From positions 1,251,880-1,315,879 of the forward strand of contig OY762509.1 in the NCBI GenBank assembly GCA_963666005.1: 64,000 nucleotides of DNA. The letters run 5' to 3'. The stretch's first letter is position 1, and every line of letters starts with the position of its first letter. Below, in pieces: positions 21,651-31,276 of this stretch. The notes below the pieces were generated by a model. The model was given only the letters and a program-made list of their open reading frames with translations. It ran no database searches and was not told the DNA's origin. This stretch comes from Vallitaleaceae bacterium. Its GTDB lineage: Bacteria; Bacillota; Clostridia; Lachnospirales; Vallitaleaceae. The position numbers and the translations under genes were made by a program.

Positions 21651-23063
21651 TTGAATAACTTCTTGGCTAAGAGAATCATGGTGCCATATGTACAAATTAG
21701 GCTAGAATCATGGAAGAGTTTAATGGGGCTTGTATTAATCTGGCTTTCCTATACAACCTGGGCTAGAGTTTGGTTGATTCCGGGTAATTATCTGACAGAG
21801 ATCGTTCAAAAGACTCAAGGATGGGTCAGTGAATCATTAATGGTTGGTCTGGGAGGCTTGTTACTAATACTGTTCTATACAGTCTGTATCAGACGTATCA
21901 TGTTATGGGAGCTTGGTCTTAAGGGGGAACGCTTATTACCGTCTCTTCAATTGATATTGATGGTATGGGTTTGGATGAACCTGCTGAATATTATCACCAC
22001 AAGCTTTAAGGTTTATTCGCCGGAAAGCATTGGACTGGCTTATACAGGAGATATAGGTCGTCTGGTAGGTGGTTATCTTGGTATCAGTATATTGAATGTA
22101 TTGGTTTTTCGAGGCGTTATTCTGATACAAATTTTAAAGAGATTTAAAGATCGTTCCCAAGATATATTACTTGGTATCTTAACGACAGAAGTATGTGTGC
22201 TCCTATTAAATGTTGTGAGTTTGGCAGGTCATGTCTCAGTGGGTTACGTGATGATTGCCTTTGTATTCGGTTGCATCCTTTCCCTTTGTTATCTTATGAC
22301 AGATAATATATTCCTGATGGTTGGATTGCAGTTGTTATTCGATACACCAACGTTGGTTTATGAGGGACCCTTTGGCACGTCGACGCAGATTCTTGCTATG
22401 GTGGTTATAGCCTTTGTCTGGCAGAAAACTTTCGAGCTTACAAGACCATTTCCACTAGAAACGATATGGACTGACAGGATGGTCTTAAGACCATGGCGAC
22501 TATCGGACACAGATTCTCTATACGCCTATGCAAAGGATCCTTTGGTAGGTCCTAAAGCAGGCTGGCAGCCGCATAAGAGCAGGAAAAGCAGTAAGCATGT
22601 TGTGAGGCATTTTATTGATAACGGTCATGTCTATGCCATTGAACTCAATGGGGAGAAAAAAGTGGTGGGCAATGTGAGTCTATATGAAAAGTGTCCGGAT
22701 GAACGTTGCAAAGAAGGTGTGCAAATTGAGATTGGTTATGTACTTCATCCGGCTTATTGGGGCAATGGTTACATGCCTGAAGCGGTAGAGGCAATAAAGG
22801 CTTATTGCTTTGAAAGATTGGAAGTGGATTGTCTGTGGATCGGCCACTTCGAGGATAACTATAATTCTAAGCGTGTCATAGAAAAAACAGGGTTCTCTTA
22901 TCGACTGACGAAAGATACTTGGCTACCTAATATGGAAAACCAGCGCAAGGTGACTTTGTATTATGCCTACACACGTGAACAATGGTTAGGTCACACTTTG
23001 GAGCAAGCAGTATACAAACACACTTCCGACGGATATAGACAATCAAAGAACCGTATGCTATAA
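21651..23063 (+). CDS. fusion protein: polytopic membrane domain (possibly degenerate CPBP/Abi-like) + C-terminal RimL-type GNAT N-acetyltransferase
   Basis: About 250 aa contain six or more TM helices, including a LVFRGVI segment reminiscent of the CPBP EExxxR motif but lacking the glutamates. A GNAT (Acetyltransf_3-like) domain follows: MVLRPWRLSDTDSLYAYAKDP...GYVLHPAYWGNGYMPEAVEA. TTG start; GTGAGG ribosome-binding site. Confidence 0.6.
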   Translation: MNNFLAKRIMVPYVQIRLESWKSLMGLVLIWLSYTTWARVWLIPGNYLTEIVQKTQGWVSESLMVGLGGLLLILFYTVCIRRIMLWELGLKGERLLPSLQLILMVWVWMNLLNIITTSFKVYSPESIGLAYTGDIGRLVGGYLGISILNVLVFRGVILIQILKRFKDRSQDILLGILTTEVCVLLLNVVSLAGHVSVGYVMIAFVFGCILSLCYLMTDNIFLMVGLQLLFDTPTLVYEGPFGTSTQILAMVVIAFVWQKTFELTRPFPLETIWTDRMVLRPWRLSDTDSLYAYAKDPLVGPKAGWQPHKSRKSSKHVVRHFIDNGHVYAIELNGEKKVVGNVSLYEKCPDERCKEGVQIEIGYVLHPAYWGNGYMPEAVEAIKAYCFERLEVDCLWIGHFEDNYNSKRVIEKTGFSYRLTKDTWLPNMENQRKVTLYYAYTREQWLGHTLEQAVYKHTSDGYRQSKNRML

Positions 23064-23114
23064 TTCATAATGAAAACGATTATCAATAAAGACGATGGAT
23101 TATAGGAGGTTGTT

Positions 23115-23915
23115 ATGCCTTGTTCATGTAAAAGCGGCAGCCGTACAGCCCTTCAACTGATTGACAAATATCAGGATACACCAGATACATATACCTTTGA
23201 TTTTGCACCGATTGAACCATTAAGCTGGAAGGAAGGCGACAGTTCTGCCTTGGTGGTGGACATCCCAGAAGTAGGCATGGAAGACAGCAGGAAGTTATCT
23301 CTTGCTACATTGCCAGAGGAACATATTGTGCGCTTCACCACAAGAATCAGAACAGAGAGAAGTCTATATAAGAATCGGCTTTTTCATCTACAAGTAGGTG
23401 AGTTTGTTGATATCACTTACCCTGAAGGTCACTTCGAACTCAGAAGGGAAGGACGACCGGCATTACTTCTATCCAATGGGGTAGGTATTGCGGCTATGCG
23501 CCCTTTAATTATGTCGTTTATCCAAGACGGGGAAGGGATTGGGAAGTTACAGCAGATTAACGTGGATGCAGGAGGCGCTATCTATGAAGACGAAATGACG
23601 GAGGCCACTGAGCAGAATGCAGGCTTTAGATCCACCTACCTCAAACATCGGGATGAACTATATGATGAGGTGGATGCAGCAGTGCATGACTTGATGTTTT
23701 CAACTGGTAGGATGCCCTACTTTTATGTTGTGGGTAGTGACGCCTTTGTGATTGGTATGCAAGAATACTTGATCGCCAGCGGCTTTGATGGCCAGGATAT
23801 CATAACGGATTTGCAAGGATGTAATTGTGGCGGTTCTAAGATTACTCAGATGAAATCCAATGTGAAGGTTAGAATGGACCGGAAAATCAACCTTAATAGG
23901 ACGATGGCCAGTTGA
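23115..23915 (+). CDS. ferredoxin-NADP reductase-like FAD/NAD(P)-binding oxidoreductase domain protein
   Basis: An N-terminal beta-barrel FAD-binding-like region is followed by a GxGxxP NAD(P)-binding motif (LLLSNGVGIAAMRP). An AGGAGG ribosome-binding site is present. Confidence 0.45.
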   Translation: MPCSCKSGSRTALQLIDKYQDTPDTYTFDFAPIEPLSWKEGDSSALVVDIPEVGMEDSRKLSLATLPEEHIVRFTTRIRTERSLYKNRLFHLQVGEFVDITYPEGHFELRREGRPALLLSNGVGIAAMRPLIMSFIQDGEGIGKLQQINVDAGGAIYEDEMTEATEQNAGFRSTYLKHRDELYDEVDAAVHDLMFSTGRMPYFYVVGSDAFVIGMQEYLIASGFDGQDIITDLQGCNCGGSKITQMKSNVKVRMDRKINLNRTMAS

Positions 23916-24052
23916 TTACTGGATTTCTCAATGTTGTTGTGTTCGCTTGTATTAAATGCGACTGATGACATGGCTTATCGATGATATACTTATAAGTTAT
24001 AGAAAAAGATGTCTGGACTCATTTCGCTGATTGAGTCTATGACATCTTTTCT

Positions 24053-26407
24053 TTACTGCTGGGAGTAATGTTCAATATAATCGATTAGTTGGTCAAAAGG
24101 CAGTGGTTTACTGTAATAATACCCCTGGATGATATCAACGCCGAATTTACGGCAGATCATCAATTGTTCTTCGGATTCCACTCCTTCAGCAACAATGGTC
24201 ATATTCAACTTGTGTCCCATAGAGATGATGGATTCCAGCATATCTTTTTTCGTCGGTGTGAACTCCATGTCTGCAATGAACATACGGTCCACTTTCAATG
24301 TAGAAAAGGGCATACTGGTCAAATAGGAAAGGGATGAATAGCCTGTTCCGAAGTCATCCAAGGAGAAGTTGACACCTGCTTGAGATAAGGTCTGCAATGC
24401 GTTAAAAGCGGTACTCTCATCATTGATGAAGACGCTTTCTGTTATTTCCAATTCTATCATGGAAAGATCGATGCCTGAGTTGGTGATGGTATCCATGATG
24501 GATTCGATAAAGCCGGAGGCACCCATCTGAACCGTTGAGATGTTGATGCCCATATGATAATTGGCCCCGAAACGTTGGTTGATGGACAGAGCTTTATCAA
24601 TGGCTTCTTTGGCAATCCATGCACCTAGCTCCAATATTAGGCCGGTGTTTTCAGCGACAGGAATGAAGAGGTTAGGCGGTACAAGGTCGCCGTTGTTTTT
24701 CCTTAACCGTATCAGTGCTTCGAAGCCGTAGATCTCTTTGGTCCTGGCATCAATCTGGGGTTGGAAGAAAAGTTCGAACATGCCTTGGTCGAGGGCAGTC
24801 CTAAGCAGGTGGTTCATATTGGAGCGGTTTTGAATTTGCTGGCGCATCTGTTGGTTGAACACACTGATGGTTCCCTTGTGGGTGTTTTTTCCTTCGATTA
24901 ATGCTATGTCGGCAAATTGATAAAGTTCTTTGCTGTTGCTGGTCTGCTCAGGATAATTGGCAACACCCACAGTAACACTTATTCTGAGGAAATGCCGGTT
25001 AATGTAAAGCCCTTGTCTCATTTGCTCGAAAAGGGGTAGAAGCATTTCAGACAGAGCATCTTCATTAAGAGCAAGAGGAATGACCAATGCGAATTCATCT
25101 GCGCCTAGGTAGTAGACGCGGCTGTTCAGCTTATCTGTGATAGACCTGAGTTGATTAGCGGTAAAGCATATGAGCTCATCACCGATGTTGTGGCCATAAA
25201 TATCATTGATGATCTTGAAGTTGTCCATGTTAAGAAGGGCAAAGGTGACAGACTGATCCTTTGCTGCACCAATCATTTCCGGTATGTCTTCGTTCATCAG
25301 AAGTCGATTACCAAGTCCTGTCAACTGGTCGTAATAAGCAATCTGCAGAAGCTGTGCATCACGGTCTTTCACTTCATTCATTAGATGGATGAAACGGTCG
25401 TTGACCTCGTTTAGGTCATTGTATCTGAAGTCATCTGCCTCGGTTTGAAAATCATTGGTGATGGCAAGGTCCATGGCTGTTTTCATCTTTGTGATGAAGT
25501 CGTGAATTCGACCGGAGAAGACAAAGGTATGGACGGTCGTGATGGCGGCAGAGAAGATGACCATGCCAATCATGATTAACAATAAGGTATTCAGTAACCC
25601 AAAGACGGATTCTGTAGGCTGATAGACCACAACGTACCATTGGGACGTGGGCATCATCGTAGCGTTGATGACATAATCCACATCATTGATAGGGACGATT
25701 CGGTGGCTGGCGTTGCCATTGGCAACATCACGAATGGCCTCGATATTGCTGTCAACCATTCGTATATACACCTTTTGAAGATCTTCGTGAGAAATATAAC
25801 GGCCGGTTTTATCGGTGATAGCAACATGAACATCCGAGCCGAACTGCCCTGCATAAGACAGAGCGGATTCGCTAAGGGATTTGAGGCTGCTGTAGATGAG
25901 TATATATTGATCATTTGGTGTATGATAGGCCAGTGAATAGGACAGATCACCGATGGCTGTGGAGATATATGGCGGACTCCAATAGTAATCCCTATCCATC
26001 TGGGCCAATTGGGTATAGAAATCTTCACCACTGCGATTGATGCCGATGTCTTGTGGTCTTACAGCAGATTGAATGACGCTGCCTTCACTATCAAGAAGCT
26101 CTATGTTGAGGATGGAAGGATTTGAGCCGACGATGCCCACAAGGGCTTGGGTAGTGGACGCATCTTCATGAGAATGGTGGCTCCCATAGGCTTCGTATAT
26201 GTAAGCGGTAATACGAATCGGCTCCTCTAAGATAATATCAAATCGCTCGGCTAGGTTCATGGTGATAATCTGATTTCTTGTAACGATTTCTTCTTCATAA
26301 CGAACCATCAGAAAACGCAGCGTGAAATATACGAACAGCACCAAGGGGATGGAGATCGTGATTAAATTGTTGAGTAAGATGCTTTTGCGGATGGATTTTT
26401 GGGCCAT
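24053..26407 (-). CDS. sensor GGDEF-EAL protein with large periplasmic domain between two TM helices; GGDEF A-site variant GADEF, EAL appears intact
   Basis: The N-terminal TM is followed by an extracytoplasmic region of about 280 aa and a second TM. The GGDEF-like domain is YYDQLTGLGNR...LGADEFALV. The EAL domain carries FEALIRLR, DDFGTGYSSLSYL, EGVESEEQ and QGYY. A 4-bp gap separates it from the upstream binding-protein gene. Confidence 0.85.
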   Translation of the reverse strand: MAQKSIRKSILLNNLITISIPLVLFVYFTLRFLMVRYEEEIVTRNQIITMNLAERFDIILEEPIRITAYIYEAYGSHHSHEDASTTQALVGIVGSNPSILNIELLDSEGSVIQSAVRPQDIGINRSGEDFYTQLAQMDRDYYWSPPYISTAIGDLSYSLAYHTPNDQYILIYSSLKSLSESALSYAGQFGSDVHVAITDKTGRYISHEDLQKVYIRMVDSNIEAIRDVANGNASHRIVPINDVDYVINATMMPTSQWYVVVYQPTESVFGLLNTLLLIMIGMVIFSAAITTVHTFVFSGRIHDFITKMKTAMDLAITNDFQTEADDFRYNDLNEVNDRFIHLMNEVKDRDAQLLQIAYYDQLTGLGNRLLMNEDIPEMIGAAKDQSVTFALLNMDNFKIINDIYGHNIGDELICFTANQLRSITDKLNSRVYYLGADEFALVIPLALNEDALSEMLLPLFEQMRQGLYINRHFLRISVTVGVANYPEQTSNSKELYQFADIALIEGKNTHKGTISVFNQQMRQQIQNRSNMNHLLRTALDQGMFELFFQPQIDARTKEIYGFEALIRLRKNNGDLVPPNLFIPVAENTGLILELGAWIAKEAIDKALSINQRFGANYHMGINISTVQMGASGFIESIMDTITNSGIDLSMIELEITESVFINDESTAFNALQTLSQAGVNFSLDDFGTGYSSLSYLTSMPFSTLKVDRMFIADMEFTPTKKDMLESIISMGHKLNMTIVAEGVESEEQLMICRKFGVDIIQGYYYSKPLPFDQLIDYIEHYSQQ

Positions 26408-26409
26408 AG

Positions 26410-27528
26410 TCAGTCAATCCTTTTATATCTGCTGTTTTCAACTTGAAAAAGGAACATTTCTCGGTGAGCGTCACCGAATTCATCTAAAGTGACCGTGCCC
26501 TGAAGACCGCTGAAGCTGCTGTTTTCTGTAAGAGCACGCTTGATGTTGGGGCCGGTGATTTTATCGCATGCTTCCATAGCATTTTTTAGCATCATCATAC
26601 CTTCATAAGCATAGACGGAAGCAAAGGTAGGTGTTTCGCCATATTTGTTCATGTAGTTGTTTTCGAAAGTGATAAAGGTATCTGTCGCTGAAGAACTGTC
26701 ATAGGAGTTGATGGTGAAAATGCCATCGGCAGCAGGTCCTGCAATCTCTATAAGATCAGATCCCATGGCCCATGTGGAAGTGAAAATGGGAAGGGTTTGA
26801 TTCTTGCTGTACAAAACCTGTGCAAAACGTGCCACATCGTATGCAGGGCCAGCGATAACCAAAGCCTCGACATTCGAAGTAAGTATCTGATCGAGATTCT
26901 CGTTGAATACAGATTCTTCGACTAATGAAAAACCTTCAATAAAGGTAGGGGTTATATCGGTTACGGACATACCGCTAATAATGTCATTGACAAAACCAAG
27001 AGAATACCGCTCGTTCTCTAATTGATAGAGGTAGCCTATGCGCTTGTAGTCATAATCATTTAGTGCCTGAACGATTCTCACGGATTGGAATTCAGAGATT
27101 GGGACCATGCTGTAGAAATAATCATCTTTATAAGCAAATTGAGAAGAGCTGATTGTCGGGCTTATCATGATCATTTCAGCCTCGTTGATATAAGGTACTG
27201 CCTTGCCAGCAACACCGCTGATCATATGACCGATGATTGCTGAAACACCTGCTTCAATAAGTTTCTTGTCAGCCTCAACGGCTGTTGCATCACTGCCACC
27301 ATCATCCTCTACAATCAATTCAATGGATCTGCCATTAATGCCGCCTTGGGCATTGATTTCCTCCACTGCAAGCATCGTTCCATACATACCTTGAACGGCA
27401 ATCTCAGAGCTGGTGCCGGTAAGATTGCCTGTAAAACCGATTTTAATAGGTTTCTTGGTGCAGCCGCTGAATAAAAATAGAGCTATTAGAAAGAGGGTCA
27501 TAATCATAGTAACGAAACGTTGCTTCAT
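26410..27528 (-). CDS. periplasmic substrate-binding lipoprotein, LivK/branched-chain amino acid-binding (Peripla_BP_6) family
   Basis: A lipoprotein signal (LFLFSGCTKK) is followed by IKIGFTGNLTGTSSEIAVQGMYGTMLAVEEINAQGGINGRSIELIVEDD, which is typical of LivJ/K-type binding proteins. It lies immediately upstream of, and co-oriented with, the GGDEF-EAL sensor. Confidence 0.75.
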   Translation of the reverse strand: MKQRFVTMIMTLFLIALFLFSGCTKKPIKIGFTGNLTGTSSEIAVQGMYGTMLAVEEINAQGGINGRSIELIVEDDGGSDATAVEADKKLIEAGVSAIIGHMISGVAGKAVPYINEAEMIMISPTISSSQFAYKDDYFYSMVPISEFQSVRIVQALNDYDYKRIGYLYQLENERYSLGFVNDIISGMSVTDITPTFIEGFSLVEESVFNENLDQILTSNVEALVIAGPAYDVARFAQVLYSKNQTLPIFTSTWAMGSDLIEIAGPAADGIFTINSYDSSSATDTFITFENNYMNKYGETPTFASVYAYEGMMMLKNAMEACDKITGPNIKRALTENSSFSGLQGTVTLDEFGDAHREMFLFQVENSRYKRID

Positions 27529-27718
27529 GAGTGGCTCCTTTCATTTTATAAGGAATATGAGCGATGCTCATAATAGTGATAGGGTATCGGATTATATGAA
27601 GATTTAGTTCCATTCTATTATATCATATGTGCGGAAAAGGGGTTACAATAAGTACTATATGTTGTTGTCTGATGTCTTATGACAACGAGCATTAGATGAA
27701 AGAGACGGGAGTGGGATC

Positions 27719-27913
27719 ATGAGAAGGAAAACGGAGACTCAGAAAGCCTATCACCAGGCGATGAAAGCTGAAGGTAGAGTGGTTAAAAAGACCAGCTTTA
27801 GAGAGGGTAAGCTTTGGTTTTATACGAGTAGGATATTGTTGATTATAGTGATTGGATGGCTTGTCAGCATGGGGGATGGCGTTTTGTACGGCATTCTTGA
27901 CATGTTTCGTTAA
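27719..27913 (+). CDS. small hypothetical membrane protein (64 aa)
   Basis: A GGGAG ribosome-binding site is present. The protein has a basic N-terminus and a single C-terminal TM (LLIIVIGWLVSMGDGVLYGIL). No homology is recognisable. Confidence 0.3.
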   Translation: MRRKTETQKAYHQAMKAEGRVVKKTSFREGKLWFYTSRILLIIVIGWLVSMGDGVLYGILDMFR

Positions 27914-28095
27914 AGACAGGGTTGTAAGTGAATGTTATCCGTCTAAAGGACTATAGGGTAATGAGATTCTGGAGAAAGTATGGTAGAATAGAACTATATT
28001 TTTGATACTCAATTATACTTAGAGGGTGCATCAGCCATTCATTGAATGAGTGATGCATGTATAATACAAGCAGTGGATCTTACAGGTTAGGGGCT

Positions 28096-29178
28096 ATGAT
28101 GAATAAATATGATTATGATGCCAGAGATGCGTTTCAACGGCGTTTGCATCGGCAGATCCTATGGATCATGATGCTGACCAGTATAGTGAATATCATAGGC
28201 AATATTATTATCGGTTATCCAACGGCGGCAAATTACAAATGGGTGGTAGCGTTGGTGATTGCTATATTAATGATGCGCTATGGTATTACATCTGCTAAGC
28301 GTCAGTGGCGGATGTTCGGACTTGTGACTTCATTGGTGTATATTATGTTACCGGCTGGGTGGTATAATTCAGGACAGGGAACAAACAATGCGTTGGCGTA
28401 TCTTTTTTTGCTGGTTATTGTATCTACGATATTGTTTGAGGGTGGGCAACGGCTGTTTCTTTTAGCCTCAGCCATACTTATATTCATCCTGACAGAGGTG
28501 ACGGGTTACCTGATGCCCGATTTATTGCCACAGATAAGTCGACAGGTTCACTTTATGGATCGTATGGTCCAAATACCGATGGTCGTACTTATTGCTGCGG
28601 TGATGTTGATACAATTTGCAGAGACTCTAAGAGAAAAGCATAGGGATCTGGCGGACCTTAATGAACAGCTTCATACGATGGCCTATACGGATGCTTTGAC
28701 GGGATTGGGCAATAGAGGATTCATATTCGAACGCATGGATCTGCTGATTAATAGTAAAACGGATTTTGTTACGTTGATGATCGATATGGATAATTTCAAA
28801 TATGTGAACGACACCTTCGGACATATGGAAGGGGATCGATTGATTGTCAGGTTGGCAGAAACACTACGAACTTGCTTTGGTGATAATGCTGATATTGCCA
28901 GGTACGGCGGCGATGAGTTCATTGTAATATTGCAGGAAGATACACGTCTGATAGCCAGACTGTGTGATGAATTCCTTCGTCAAGTAAGACATCAAGTACG
29001 CGTTGGTGATTATGGTGCTACCATAAGCGGGGGATATGCGGCATATGATGGCCAAATGGAGATGGACATGTACCTTAGGACAGTGGATCGAATTCTTTAT
29101 AGCGCTAAGGGGCAAGGGAAAGATCAGATTTTGGATGAAGCTGGCGGTAACGGGCAGCGGGAAGGTATGAACGGATGA
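28096..29178 (+). CDS. membrane-integral diguanylate cyclase (multi-TM sensor + GGDEF)
   Basis: Five to six TM helices are followed by YTDALTGLGNRGF...RYGGDEFIVIL. The supplied ORF start 28057 coincides with a TGTATAAT extended -10 box, so the ATGATG at 28096/28099 with an AGGGG ribosome-binding site is preferred. Confidence 0.8.
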   Translation: MMNKYDYDARDAFQRRLHRQILWIMMLTSIVNIIGNIIIGYPTAANYKWVVALVIAILMMRYGITSAKRQWRMFGLVTSLVYIMLPAGWYNSGQGTNNALAYLFLLVIVSTILFEGGQRLFLLASAILIFILTEVTGYLMPDLLPQISRQVHFMDRMVQIPMVVLIAAVMLIQFAETLREKHRDLADLNEQLHTMAYTDALTGLGNRGFIFERMDLLINSKTDFVTLMIDMDNFKYVNDTFGHMEGDRLIVRLAETLRTCFGDNADIARYGGDEFIVILQEDTRLIARLCDEFLRQVRHQVRVGDYGATISGGYAAYDGQMEMDMYLRTVDRILYSAKGQGKDQILDEAGGNGQREGMNG

Positions 29179-29242
29179 ATCATTGGATGATTGATGACGC
29201 TCGTATCATTTTATTCTAATAATTAATGAGGTGGTGTAGAGA

Positions 29243-31192
29243 ATGACTGTTGAAGAACTGACGCTGCAGTATGAGAAAGCGCGAAAGAAAGGTCTTAGGG
29301 TGATTGGTCAGTATAAGGCCAGTGGCCGCAACAGCGAATTACCAGTTCTGGATAGCATTCTTTCCAGGCAAAACATATTGTCTGAAGTGTCTTTGGGGTA
29401 TTTGGAGATACCCATAAAAAAGGTCATTGGCACCAAGACACAGGGGAGGAGTTCGTCTTTTTCTCCCAATTATATGCCGATTCTTGATAAAGAGACGGAA
29501 TTTGCCAACAAGTGGATGCACTTGTATAAAGCCCATATGACTGAGGGTATCAGAGATCCCGTTAAAGTCTATGAGTATATGAACTGGTATTATGTGGAAG
29601 AAGGCAATAAGCGGGTCAGTGTGCTTAAATACAGTGAAGCAGCACTGGTGCCAGCGACGGTTACAAGGATGATTCCCAAGTATGACAAGGATGATCCCAC
29701 AATTGTCATGTATTATGAATTCCTTGATTTCTATAAGAAAATGCCTGTTAACTTCATATGGTTCTCTGAGCTTGGCTGCTTTGACCGACTGTATAAAATC
29801 GTTGAGAAATACGGATGGCAACTGGAAAAGAATCAGGGTGAATTAAGCAAGAACTATTACAACTTCCGTAAAAATTACTTTAAGATCGGTGGCGATGCTC
29901 TGCCTGTTACGACAGGGGATGCATTTTTGAAATATCTGGAGATTCATCCGATGGATGATGATGTGGCAGAGAATATTCAGGAAGATGTGAAGAACATCTA
30001 TGAAGAATTGTCAGTCATTGATGAAGAGGATATGGTTGAGTTAGCTCTTGATGACACTTCTTTGGAGAAAAGGTCTTTATTCTCGGGGTTTCCAGGACTT
30101 CGTAAGAAGATGAAGATTGCTTTTGTCCATGCGAAGAACCAAGGGGACTCCGCCTGGACCTACGCCCATGAATTAGGCAGGATGCATCTGGAAAACACCT
30201 TGGGTGATAGTGTATCCACGGTGTGCTTCAACGATATTCCTGAGGATGACCGAGCTTATGATGCCATTGCGAAGATTGCTGAGCAGAACTTTGACGTGAT
30301 CTTTGCTACATCGCCAGCCTTTATTCACCAGACTTTGAAGGCTTCCATGAAGTATGAGCAGGTGAAGTTCCTTAATTGTTCGGAGAATTTGTCCTATCGA
30401 CATTTGAGAACTTATTTTGGTCGTATCTATGAGCCGAATTTCTTGGTGGGGATGATTGCTGGTGCTATGACCAAGACCAATCAACTGGGCTATGTGGTGA
30501 CATATCCTATTCCGGAAGTTATCAGCAGTATCAATGCTTTTACCTTAGGGGCACAGTTTATGAACCCTTATGTAGAAGTCTTTGTAAAATGGGTTAGTGA
30601 TACGGCCACCAGCGCTGATGAATGTCTCCAGATTGACAGGCAACTGGTGGAGATGGGGTCTGATATCATTTGCCATCAGGAATCAGCTGATCTTAAGACC
30701 AGTCTGAATCATTCAGGTATCTATTTTGCCAATGATTTGGGCGAAGATAAGGTAACCATGAGTTTGGCGGTACCGATATGGCATTGGGGTACCTTCTATG
30801 AAAAAATCGTCAGTGGCATCGTCAGTGGCAATTATAATAGAATCAACGGTTTTATGGGCAGCGAACAGCGTGCCATCAGCTACTGGTGGGGAATGGACAC
30901 AGGTGTTGTGGATGTGATGTATTCCAGATCCAAGTTGCCAAGTCACTTGATTAAGTCTGTGGAATTCATGAAAAGCATGATTCTTGAAGGAAGAGCCCAT
31001 CCCTTTAAAGGACCAATTTATGATCAGAAGGGTAACTTAAGGGTGGAGAAGGATGATCATATAGGTAATGAAGGCATTTTGACAATGGATTGGTTCGTTG
31101 ACGGTGTCATCGGATCAATACCTACTATCGACGCCATGAAAGAGGACCATAAGTTACTGGATCTGTTTAGCGTTAAAAAGAAATATCGCTAG
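29243..31192 (+). CDS. cytoplasmic fusion protein: N-terminal ParB/Srx-like domain + C-terminal BMP-family (PnrA/Med-like nucleoside-binding) domain
   Basis: No signal peptide. In the N-terminus, LEIPIKKVIGTKTQGRSSSF...GIRDPVKVYEYMNWYYVEEGNKRVSVLKY resembles the ParB N-terminal IPI...R and GxxRxxA boxes. In the C-terminal half, KIAFVHAKNQGDSAWTYAHELGR...DVIFATSPAF...YVVTYPIPEVISSINAFTLGAQ is BMP/PnrA-like. A GAGGTGG ribosome-binding site is present. Confidence 0.55.
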   Translation: MTVEELTLQYEKARKKGLRVIGQYKASGRNSELPVLDSILSRQNILSEVSLGYLEIPIKKVIGTKTQGRSSSFSPNYMPILDKETEFANKWMHLYKAHMTEGIRDPVKVYEYMNWYYVEEGNKRVSVLKYSEAALVPATVTRMIPKYDKDDPTIVMYYEFLDFYKKMPVNFIWFSELGCFDRLYKIVEKYGWQLEKNQGELSKNYYNFRKNYFKIGGDALPVTTGDAFLKYLEIHPMDDDVAENIQEDVKNIYEELSVIDEEDMVELALDDTSLEKRSLFSGFPGLRKKMKIAFVHAKNQGDSAWTYAHELGRMHLENTLGDSVSTVCFNDIPEDDRAYDAIAKIAEQNFDVIFATSPAFIHQTLKASMKYEQVKFLNCSENLSYRHLRTYFGRIYEPNFLVGMIAGAMTKTNQLGYVVTYPIPEVISSINAFTLGAQFMNPYVEVFVKWVSDTATSADECLQIDRQLVEMGSDIICHQESADLKTSLNHSGIYFANDLGEDKVTMSLAVPIWHWGTFYEKIVSGIVSGNYNRINGFMGSEQRAISYWWGMDTGVVDVMYSRSKLPSHLIKSVEFMKSMILEGRAHPFKGPIYDQKGNLRVEKDDHIGNEGILTMDWFVDGVIGSIPTIDAMKEDHKLLDLFSVKKKYR

Positions 31193-31225
31193 AATAAGAA
31201 AATTGTAATTTTTTTTAAAAATGAC

Positions 31226-31268
31226 AAGACCCCCTCAAGGTTAACGATAACCTAAGGGGGTCTTTGTA
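31226..31268. terminator. bidirectional rho-independent terminator between convergent genes
   Basis: The stem agaccccct/agggggtct is flanked by an A-run upstream and a T-run downstream. Confidence 0.6.
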
Positions 31269-31276
31269 ATGAACGG

